Assembly: GCA_964426585.1 (NCBI GenBank)
Contig: CAYRQZ010000002.1
Span: 18,530 to 82,529, forward strand
Direction of reading: 5' to 3'
DNA from: an uncultured Bacteroidales bacterium
GTDB taxonomy: Bacteria > Bacteroidota > Bacteroidia > Bacteroidales > ML635J-15
Length of the DNA: 64,000 nucleotides
Shown here: positions 9,674 through 17,580 of the stretch, piece after piece
How positions within the stretch are numbered: position 1 is the first letter of the stretch
Layout of the letters: every line of letters starts with the position of its first letter
Notes under the pieces: model-generated
Databases searched by the model: none
What the model saw: only the letters and a program-made list of their open reading frames with translations
What the model was told of the DNA's origin: nothing
Program-made: the position numbers and the translations under genes

Positions 9674-12600
9674 ATGAAAATAATTATTAAAATATTAATA
9701 TCATTTTGCTTATTAAATTTTGCCTTGTTGAGTGTTGGGCAAAATAACACGCTTCATCATCCTATGTATTATTTTTCGCATGATCAAAATATGTGGGGAC
9801 CTGACAATGCATACGGAATAGATATAAATCATACTTTTTTTGATGTTAACATAAATGAATCTTGGGGATTTTCTCAAATTTCTGAATTTTTAGGACAACA
9901 ATTTGGAGTAGGAATGAATGTGGGAATTATTGCTCTATTACGCTCTACTTTTGAAGCCCACGGTTTTTATACTGGTAGTTTTAGTTTAGATTACCCTATC
10001 GAAACAAGTTTAGAATTTCCCGAAGATTTTAGTTTTAATTATGGAGGACCAGCAACTATACATACTTCATACGAAGTAACAGACGGGTGGGCTTTGGAAA
10101 CATCTTTCCCTCCTGTTGGAGTTATCACCTTAGATTTTGAATATGAATTTAATCCATTTATGAATATTGTGGTATGTGTTTTTAGTTGCGACACTATTCA
10201 TTTAATACCGCCAAGCGTAACAATACCTCATACCTTAGACACTCTATTTCACATTAACGGTGAAACACAATATTGTGTTTATCCATGCTATGTTGGAGAC
10301 CAATTTACATTTTGTCATGACTATGAGTTGCCCGTTGATATTAATTTTACTGATTTAGTCGGCTTTCAATTTGAAGCCCATGTAGATTTGCCTTATGTTA
10401 TTACAAACGACTATATAGAACCTGGCAGTAATTGTTTGATAGCCAAAGGCGAAGATCCATACATGGATATTGAACTAGATGTTATTGGATTTTTATATAT
10501 TATGGCGGGATATATTCCACCTCCCGAAGGACCACAAATTCAAGAAGCTATAGCCTTCCTCAATGACACTCTACAATACCCGATTAACACGCCATTAGGT
10601 GATATTATATTTCAAATTGAATATTCGCTGTTAAGTGTATTTTTTGTTATTACTAACACTTTACACCAAGATATATATTTTTGCCCGACTATTTGGCTAA
10701 GCCTCGATTTCCCCGTAGAAATGCCTTATGTTGTTACTAACCCTCAAAACTCTAACCAAGTGATAGAAACAGGTTTTGGTAACGAAATTACATTAGCAGT
10801 AGGTAATGACTTAACAATAACCTATCCTTGCCATGACTGGGATTCTATGTATGTCGGGGTGAAATACAATATTCAACCTACAATTCGTAACCACACTTGG
10901 GATAGTATTGCATTCTCATTTGTAATTGAAGCACTTAGAGCTTCTATTTCTATTATCACACCATTTAAGTCGCAAATTGCCGAGAATATTATGCCTGAAT
11001 TTCAACTACCCATACAAAGAGAAAAACCAATTATTTCAAGTTCTATTCCAATGGATTCTTATTACGAAGATGAAGAGTTTATTCAAAGTTTAGAAAAAGA
11101 CATAGGACCTTGGGATATTGGACCATTATTTCAATGGACTATAAACTTGGGGTATGTACCGGTTACTTGGTTTGACCAAACTTGGGAGTTAATGCATTTC
11201 GCAGAAGATTTAGTTTTTCCAGGAACTTATATTAGACCTTACGATAAATCAGAAGTTAATTCTCTTTTATACACCGAACAAGCATTTTGTTACGGTGAAT
11301 CTTACGGATATATTTATGCCGAAGCCCAAAACGGAATAGCACCTTATGATTTCCAGTGGTCTAACGGACAATTAACACAAAATTCATTTACAGATACCGA
11401 TAGTATATTTGGAATTCCAGGATATTATACAATTACCGTTACAGATGCTCAAAACTGTAAATCTTTCGACTCAATTGCAGTAGCAGTTAACCCCCCGATA
11501 ATACATCATTTAGAGGCAACAAACTTAAATTGCTATGGTTATTATACCGGCAGTATTACCACACAAGTTACTGGAGGGACTTTTCCTTATTTCTTTGAAT
11601 GGTCAAATGGTAGTAATCAACAAAACCCAAATAATTTAAGTTCGGGCTGGTATTATGTAACAATTTCAGACTTTCGAGACTGCTCAGTTAGCGATTCCAT
11701 CTTTATTACTCAACCTTCATCACCGATTAGCATAAGTTATGTTAAAACAGACTTGCCTTGTCATGGAACCGACTTTGGCTCCATTGATATAAATCTTGCA
11801 GGGGCAACGCCTCCATATAGTATTTTGTGGAGTACAGGACAAACATATCAAGACTTGCACAATCTAAATGCAGGGACTTACACTATTTCTGTAACAGACG
11901 CCAACAATTGTACATGGGCAGAAAGTATCACTATTATTGAGCCAGACACTTTAATTGCAAACATCAATTCCTCGAATATACCTTGCTTCGGTTTAGATAA
12001 TGGCACTTTAAATGTTCAAACCCTAGGCGGTACTCAACCATACACTTATCATTGGTTTCACGACTCAAATCAACATTCAAACATTATTACAAATTTGCAT
12101 CCAGGGTATTATTTCGTGTCGGTTGTTGATGCAAACGGCTGTTCAGATACTGCAAGTACTTATATTAGCCAACCAAACGAATTACTAATTTCTGAAATTA
12201 TTCATAATGTAAGTTGCAAAGGTGGACACGATGGATATATAATTATTAGCGCAACAGGCGGGGTTCCATATTATAATATTGCGTGGAGTAATAATTATCA
12301 TTCCGATTCTATCGGAAATCTTCCTATTGGCAATTACACAATTACTGTTACCGACCAAAATGGTTGTAAAAACATTCAAACATACAGTATAACTGAACCA
12401 AGCAATAATTTAAACTCTATTTTTACAGAAATAAATAATGTTAGTTGCTTTGGATTTAGTGATGCAAACACAAATGTAGCACCAACAGGAGGGACACCGC
12501 CATATTATGTTTATTGGGAAGAAGGCGTTGAACAGCAAAATTTTACAGGATTAAATATGCTTGCAAATACTTATTATAATATTACTGTTGTTGATATAAA

Positions 12601-13585
12601 TAATTGTACCTACTATGATAGCATTAAATTTACACAACCGCCTAAATTAATTTTAACAGGCAATACAAACCCTGTTGAATGTGGTAATCTAGCAGGTGCA
12701 GGAACTGTTTTCCCAACCGGAGGAACTCCGCCTTATTCATACTTATGGCCTAATAACGAAACTACACAAACTGCAATAGACCTAAGCTATGGGACAAATT
12801 ATGTTTCGGTTACAGACGCTAAAAACTGTATTGATAGTTTAGCTTTATTCGTTGATAAATCTGGAAAATTATTCGGAACATATTCAATTATCCAAGCAAA
12901 TTTATGTTACCTCGATAGTATTGCTGTTGTTGTTGCCGAATTACCAATGGGAAAACAACCTATCAAGTTTGTTTGGTCTAATGGCTTTGTTGGTGATACA
13001 GCTAGAAGATTACCTGCTGGAGAATATCTTGTTTTTGCTAAGGACAAATATAATTGTAATGATACTATTAAAGTTATTGTAACTCAACCCGACTCTATAA
13101 GTCCTAACTTTATATTTACAAAACCGTCTTGCTCGAAAATTTATGATGGAGAAATTGAAGCTAAACCAACAGGAGGAACACCAGAATACTCGTATATTTG
13201 GAGTAATAATTCTGAAAAAAGTAAAATCTCTGAACTAAGAGATGGAAATTATTACTTAAGTATCACCGACTCAAATAATTGCGTTTTTATTTACGAGATT
13301 AATCTCGAAGAAGCTAATTATTGCATTACTATTTACAACACAATTACTCCAAACGGTGATGGAGTTAACGACTCTTGGATTATTGAAAACATTGATAAAT
13401 TTCTGAGAAATGAAATATGGATATATAATAGAAACGGAAATTTAGTTTTTAACACCGAAAATTATCAAAATGATTGGTATGGAACTTATAATGGAAAAGA
13501 ACTCCCAGAAGGAACATATTTTTATATTATTGATTTAGGAGAAGGCAAAGACCCATTTAAAGGGCATATAACAATTATTAGATAA
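9674..13585 (+). CDS. Cell-surface protein with unknown ~540-aa N-terminal region, nine SprB repeats and a T9SS type-B (gliding motility-associated, CHU_C-like) C-terminal domain
   Basis: Signal peptide ends ...LLSVG|Q. Nine ~75-aa repeats follow the pattern C.G...G.I......GG..PY.Y.WS.G........L..G.Y...V.D..GC. The C-terminus ITPNGDGVNDSWIIENI...IWIYNRNGNLVF...WYGTYNGKELPEGTYFYII matches the type-B CTD. Confidence 0.85.
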   Translation: MKIIIKILISFCLLNFALLSVGQNNTLHHPMYYFSHDQNMWGPDNAYGIDINHTFFDVNINESWGFSQISEFLGQQFGVGMNVGIIALLRSTFEAHGFYTGSFSLDYPIETSLEFPEDFSFNYGGPATIHTSYEVTDGWALETSFPPVGVITLDFEYEFNPFMNIVVCVFSCDTIHLIPPSVTIPHTLDTLFHINGETQYCVYPCYVGDQFTFCHDYELPVDINFTDLVGFQFEAHVDLPYVITNDYIEPGSNCLIAKGEDPYMDIELDVIGFLYIMAGYIPPPEGPQIQEAIAFLNDTLQYPINTPLGDIIFQIEYSLLSVFFVITNTLHQDIYFCPTIWLSLDFPVEMPYVVTNPQNSNQVIETGFGNEITLAVGNDLTITYPCHDWDSMYVGVKYNIQPTIRNHTWDSIAFSFVIEALRASISIITPFKSQIAENIMPEFQLPIQREKPIISSSIPMDSYYEDEEFIQSLEKDIGPWDIGPLFQWTINLGYVPVTWFDQTWELMHFAEDLVFPGTYIRPYDKSEVNSLLYTEQAFCYGESYGYIYAEAQNGIAPYDFQWSNGQLTQNSFTDTDSIFGIPGYYTITVTDAQNCKSFDSIAVAVNPPIIHHLEATNLNCYGYYTGSITTQVTGGTFPYFFEWSNGSNQQNPNNLSSGWYYVTISDFRDCSVSDSIFITQPSSPISISYVKTDLPCHGTDFGSIDINLAGATPPYSILWSTGQTYQDLHNLNAGTYTISVTDANNCTWAESITIIEPDTLIANINSSNIPCFGLDNGTLNVQTLGGTQPYTYHWFHDSNQHSNIITNLHPGYYFVSVVDANGCSDTASTYISQPNELLISEIIHNVSCKGGHDGYIIISATGGVPYYNIAWSNNYHSDSIGNLPIGNYTITVTDQNGCKNIQTYSITEPSNNLNSIFTEINNVSCFGFSDANTNVAPTGGTPPYYVYWEEGVEQQNFTGLNMLANTYYNITVVDINNCTYYDSIKFTQPPKLILTGNTNPVECGNLAGAGTVFPTGGTPPYSYLWPNNETTQTAIDLSYGTNYVSVTDAKNCIDSLALFVDKSGKLFGTYSIIQANLCYLDSIAVVVAELPMGKQPIKFVWSNGFVGDTARRLPAGEYLVFAKDKYNCNDTIKVIVTQPDSISPNFIFTKPSCSKIYDGEIEAKPTGGTPEYSYIWSNNSEKSKISELRDGNYYLSITDSNNCVFIYEINLEEANYCITIYNTITPNGDGVNDSWIIENIDKFLRNEIWIYNRNGNLVFNTENYQNDWYGTYNGKELPEGTYFYIIDLGEGKDPFKGHITIIR
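11288..13320 (+). repeat. Nine tandem SprB-type protein repeats (~225 nt each, diverged at nucleotide level)
   Basis: Each repeat starts at a conserved Cys: CYGESYG, CYGYYTG, CHGTDFG, CFGLDNG, CKGGHDG, CFGFSDA, CGNLAGA, CYLDSIA, CSKIYDG. Each ends after a second Cys (D..NC / D..GC). Confidence 0.8.
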
Positions 13586-13589
13586 AATT

Positions 13590-14519
13590 ATGAACTTAAA
13601 GAATTATTATATATTTATTTTATTATTGATAATTAGTTTCGAATTATCAGCTCAGCAAATTGCACAGCACCGCAATTATGCTTTTAATATTCCTAACCAA
13701 AACCCAGCGGCAATAGCTATGTCGGAAATACCTGATATAATGTTAAATCATAAAGCACAGTGGCTCGGATTTAATGGAGCGCCAAGAGTTTCATCATTAT
13801 ACGGAAAGTATATTTTTAGAAATGATATGGGAGCCTCCGCAAGTATTTTGAATGACAGGATTGGGCTTACTCAAAAATTAAATTTAAATTTAAATTACGC
13901 TTACATCTTACACACCGAAAATTTTAATCTTAGTTTTGGCTTTGGCTGGAGCTTCTCTCAATTAAAATTACTTTCTACGCAAATAACAGTTTATGAAACA
14001 AACGACCAAGTTTTAAACTTAAATGCAAATGAAAAAATGTGGAAACCTGATGCAAATGCGGGAATAATTATTAATTCCAATAGTTTTTTTGCAGGTTTTT
14101 CAATTTTACAACTTCTAAAATCAAAATTTAGTTTTAGTGGTAGGTCTAACGATATTCCAGGATTAATTAGAGATTCACGACACTTTTTTATTACAGGAGG
14201 ATACCATATTAATATTAATGAATCTCCTCATATTATTACGCCTATTGTTAATCTATATTTTACAAAAGCAAGCCCTTTTAAATTTGACATACTTGCAAAT
14301 TATAGCTACAACAACACTTTTAGCTCATCATTAGGATTTAGCAAATCTGATGCAATCGTGTTTTCACTAGCTTATAAATATAATAAATTTACAATTAACT
14401 ATGCTTTCGATTTTGTAATTTCGAGAATTAGAAATGTTAGCAGCGGAACTCACGAAATTACTCTTGGAGTATTCTTATTTGATAAAAAAACCAATAATAT
14501 TACTAGTCCAATGTTTTAA
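13590..14519 (+). CDS. PorP/SprF-family T9SS outer-membrane protein (cognate partner candidate for the upstream type-B CTD protein)
   Basis: 309 aa with signal peptide ...ELSA|QQ. N-terminal ..NPAAIA.. and C-terminal SSGTHEITLGVFLF match the PorP/SprF pattern. It starts 5 nt after the upstream stop. Confidence 0.85.
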   Translation: MNLKNYYIFILLLIISFELSAQQIAQHRNYAFNIPNQNPAAIAMSEIPDIMLNHKAQWLGFNGAPRVSSLYGKYIFRNDMGASASILNDRIGLTQKLNLNLNYAYILHTENFNLSFGFGWSFSQLKLLSTQITVYETNDQVLNLNANEKMWKPDANAGIIINSNSFFAGFSILQLLKSKFSFSGRSNDIPGLIRDSRHFFITGGYHININESPHIITPIVNLYFTKASPFKFDILANYSYNNTFSSSLGFSKSDAIVFSLAYKYNKFTINYAFDFVISRIRNVSSGTHEITLGVFLFDKKTNNITSPMF

Positions 14520-14540
14520 ATAAAAAAAAATAAAAAAAAA

Positions 14541-14570
14541 TTGAGGTTTAATAAAAAAGTAGTATATTTG
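14541..14570 (+). promoter_or_regulatory. Candidate promoter (-33 TTG at 14541, -7 TAtaTTTG at 14563-14570) preceded by an A-tract
   Basis: Exact TAnnTTTG match, with TTG 19 nt upstream of it. A duplicated TAAAAAAAAA sits at 14521-14540. The site is 45 nt upstream of the ATG at 14615. Confidence 0.45.
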
Positions 14571-14614
14571 TAAATGTGAATATTGTTATTATAGCAAAAT
14601 TTTAACTTTTTATT

Positions 14615-15532
14615 ATGAAGAAATTTTTACCATTTTTAATCGTGATAACATTAGCAGGAACATTTCAGCTAAAAGCTCAACAACTTCCATTGTATAGTCA
14701 ATACATGCTAAATGATTTCTTTTACAACCCTGCAATAGCAGGATCAAAAGAATTTTCTCCAATCCTTTTAAGTATTCACAAACAATGGATTGGAATGAAA
14801 GATTCACCTTCGACTCAAACATTATCAGGGCACACTATGCTGGCAAACAATAATGTAGGTTTAGGGGCTATCATCTTTAATGATAATTTCGGACCAGAAA
14901 ATCATATCGGAATTCAAGCAATTTATTCGTACCATTTCCATATTGATAGATTGAATAAAATTTCTTTAGGACTTGCCGCTATTGCTCAGCAGTATAAAAT
15001 GGACCAAAGATTTTTTAACCTAACCATATTTGATGACCCTGCAATTACTTACATGATAGAAAAAACTATTGTACCAGATGCTACTTTCGGAGTTTATGCC
15101 TATGGTAAAAAGTATTATGCTGGTATTACAGCTTCACACCTTTTTCAATCAAAACTAAAAATTAACAGAAACATTGATGATAACAAAATGGTTAGACACT
15201 ATTTTGTTATGGGAGGATACAAATTCTCATTCCCTAATTCACCTCAATTTGAATTGGAACCATCTGTATTGATGAAAACAACCGAAATTACTCCACCACA
15301 ATTCGATATTAACGTAAAATTCTTTTACGATAAAGACTATTGGTTCGGAATGTCGATACGACCTGGAGATTCTTTTATTACCAGCCTAGGTTTTAAATAT
15401 AATCAATATTATTTTGGTTATGCTTACGACTTTACTTTCAGCGACTTATCCTCTTATACTTATGGCTCTCAAGAAATTATTTTCGGAATGAATATCGGAG
15501 AAAATACTCGAAAAAGTAGATCTTTCTTCTAA
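14615..15532 (+). CDS. PorP/SprF-family T9SS outer-membrane protein (second tandem paralogue)
   Basis: 305 aa with signal peptide ...QLKA|QQ, followed by the family hallmark QQLPLYSQYMLNDFFYNPAIAGS. The C-terminus is YGSQEIIFGMNIG. Confidence 0.85.
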   Translation: MKKFLPFLIVITLAGTFQLKAQQLPLYSQYMLNDFFYNPAIAGSKEFSPILLSIHKQWIGMKDSPSTQTLSGHTMLANNNVGLGAIIFNDNFGPENHIGIQAIYSYHFHIDRLNKISLGLAAIAQQYKMDQRFFNLTIFDDPAITYMIEKTIVPDATFGVYAYGKKYYAGITASHLFQSKLKINRNIDDNKMVRHYFVMGGYKFSFPNSPQFELEPSVLMKTTEITPPQFDINVKFFYDKDYWFGMSIRPGDSFITSLGFKYNQYYFGYAYDFTFSDLSSYTYGSQEIIFGMNIGENTRKSRSFF

Positions 15533-15553
15533 AACCTGAAAAAATATTATAAT

Positions 15554-15580
15554 AAAAAAACGAGTTAGCTCGTTTTTTTT
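15554..15580. terminator. Bidirectional rho-independent terminator
   Basis: AAAAAAACGAG-TTAG-CTCGTTTTTTTT hairpin flanked by an A-run and a T-run. It lies between the convergent genes ending at 15532 (+) and 15579 (-). Confidence 0.7.
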
Positions 15581-16166
15581 ATAATATACTGCCGATAAAA
15601 TTTAATAAATCTTCTTTACCTTGTTTTTTTTCAGAACTAGTAATAAAATATTCAGGAATAGTCTCCCAAAATTCAGAAAGTTTTTCTACATAAATGTTAA
15701 TATTGTTTTTCAAAGCATTTACACCTAACTTGTCGGATTTTGTAAAAATAATTTTAAACGGAACAGAATTTAATCCAAGCCAATACATATAATCTAAATC
15801 AATAGTTTGAGGGGGAATTCTACTATCAATCAAAACAAATAAACAAACTAAATTCGGACGTTTTAACACATAATCGTTTATCATTTTGGCAAATTTTTCT
15901 CGCAATTTTTTTGAAACCTTTGCATAACCAAACCCAGGTAAGTCAACCAAATACCAAGAGCCGTTGATAATAAAATGATTTATTAATTGAGTTTTACCAG
16001 GACTTGAAGAAGTCTTTGCCAAACTAGCTTTATTAGTCAACATATTTATTAATGACGATTTTCCTACATTAGAACGACCAATAAAAGCAATTTCGCTAAT
16101 ATTATTATTAGGACATTTAGTATAATCTTGATTCGACATTAAAAACTCTGCAGTATTTATTATCAT
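15579..16166 (-). CDS. engB: Ribosome biogenesis GTP-binding protein YihA/YsxC
   Basis: 195 aa. G1 GRSNVGKSS, G3 DLPGFG, G4 TKSDK. Length and order are typical of EngB. Confidence 0.9.
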   Translation of the reverse strand: MIINTAEFLMSNQDYTKCPNNNISEIAFIGRSNVGKSSLINMLTNKASLAKTSSSPGKTQLINHFIINGSWYLVDLPGFGYAKVSKKLREKFAKMINDYVLKRPNLVCLFVLIDSRIPPQTIDLDYMYWLGLNSVPFKIIFTKSDKLGVNALKNNINIYVEKLSEFWETIPEYFITSSEKKQGKEDLLNFIGSIL

Positions 16167-16168
16167 CT

Positions 16169-17515
16169 TTACTTATTTGCAATTAATTTTTCAATCTCAT
16201 TAAATAGTTTCTGCTCATCAAAGGGCTTGGCAATTATTTTTAAGTTTTTATCAACTAAATACATTATTGGCGTTGCATAAATTGCATAATCTGTAACAAC
16301 TTTTCCGCCCCAAGATTTATAATCACAAACAACATCCCAAGGAAAAGGATTATCTGCCAAAAACTTATTTAATTCAGAATTTTCCGTATCTAAACTAATT
16401 GCTATAATATTGACATTAGCTTTATCGAATAACTGTTTCGACTTACTAAAAAGAGGTAATGTGTTCTGACAATGACCGCACCAAGTTGCCCAAAACAAGA
16501 CTAAAGTATAATCCGATTTCATTTTCGACAAACAAATAGTTTTTCCACTTATTGAAACAACATTAAAATCAGGAGCAAGTTTTCCCAAACCAAGTTCGGT
16601 GTTTGATTTAATTCTTGATTTCAAATTATCGCTTGCATCACTACACATATCACCAAATTCATAACTTAATTTTGCAGCCTGTTCGCTAAGCCCGATAGTT
16701 TCAAAACCATTTAACAAGTATTCAAAAATCGTATTAAATATTAAAGGTTCACCAAAAAAAATATGATCTAAAATATCCTTACCTGCTATATAATATTTAT
16801 CAGGATTATTCGCCTTAAATAATTTTAAATAATTTAACACAATTTTTTGATATGCATTAGAATTTAGCATGGCAAGATTAGTAAAATCAAAAGATTTTAA
16901 ATATTCTTTTCGATAAAAAGCAAGTTTTTTAATTTCATCATATTTTACTGGGGCTTGAATTTCCGTAAAATAACTTAAATACTTGCCTGCAAAACTAGTT
17001 GGATTAAGTTTTATTACTTGTTTTAATAAAGCATTTTTCTTAGTAACAAGGTTTCTTTTTTCTTTCTCTATTGATACTAAAAACTTTTCATCAGGATATA
17101 TACCTATAAATTGATCTAAAATTTTTATTTTATAATTATATAAAAACTCTTCTTTCAAAAAAGCATATAGCTGGCTATTTTCGTTAGATTTAATAACCTT
17201 CATATTGAAGACAGGGTTTTGATAATTTGTTAAAACTTGAATTGCTTCATTATTATAAATAATATCAAAATATTCATCATTATCTAGATACACCCTATAT
17301 AAGCCAGACTCTTCGTTACTAAAGCTATACTCGAAAGAAGAGTTTACGTTTGTTCTTACAGTTCCGAGAAACTTAGATTCGTCTCCAAATTGGGTAAAAA
17401 CTTTAACTTCTCGATGCGAATAGTTTTCAATTTTGCAAGACAATTTATATTGAGCAAAGCTATTAATGCTTACTAAAAAAAATAAATACGCTAAAATTTT
17501 AATTTTGTTAATCAT
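16169..17515 (-). CDS. TlpA-like thiol:disulfide oxidoreductase (thioredoxin fold) with N-terminal extension
   Basis: Signal peptide ...NSFA|Q. The C-terminal thioredoxin domain has the active site FWATWCGHCQ. Confidence 0.8.
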   Translation of the reverse strand: MINKIKILAYLFFLVSINSFAQYKLSCKIENYSHREVKVFTQFGDESKFLGTVRTNVNSSFEYSFSNEESGLYRVYLDNDEYFDIIYNNEAIQVLTNYQNPVFNMKVIKSNENSQLYAFLKEEFLYNYKIKILDQFIGIYPDEKFLVSIEKEKRNLVTKKNALLKQVIKLNPTSFAGKYLSYFTEIQAPVKYDEIKKLAFYRKEYLKSFDFTNLAMLNSNAYQKIVLNYLKLFKANNPDKYYIAGKDILDHIFFGEPLIFNTIFEYLLNGFETIGLSEQAAKLSYEFGDMCSDASDNLKSRIKSNTELGLGKLAPDFNVVSISGKTICLSKMKSDYTLVLFWATWCGHCQNTLPLFSKSKQLFDKANVNIIAISLDTENSELNKFLADNPFPWDVVCDYKSWGGKVVTDYAIYATPIMYLVDKNLKIIAKPFDEQKLFNEIEKLIANK

Positions 17516-17528
17516 AAATTTAATTAAA

Positions 17529-17560
17529 TAAAAAAAGGCTGCAGAATAAATTCTACAGCC
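17529..17560 (-). terminator. Rho-independent terminator of the 805-aa gene
   Basis: The minus strand reads GGCTGTAGAA-TTTA-TTCTGCAGCC followed by TTTTTTT (one mismatch in the stem). Confidence 0.65.
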
Positions 17561-17580
17561 AAAAGAATTAAACCATAAAA

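Noticed and set aside
11288-13320. Regular ~225-nt periodicity that might suggest a repeat array or CRISPR.
   Set aside because: It lies entirely within one open reading frame. The periodicity is at protein level (SprB repeats). There are no short identical DNA repeats separated by unique spacers.
14521-14540. Duplicated TAAAAAAAAA tract considered as a slipped-strand phase-variation site.
   Set aside because: It is intergenic and upstream of the -33 element. It is more simply an A-tract/UP-like element. Length changes would not shift any reading frame.
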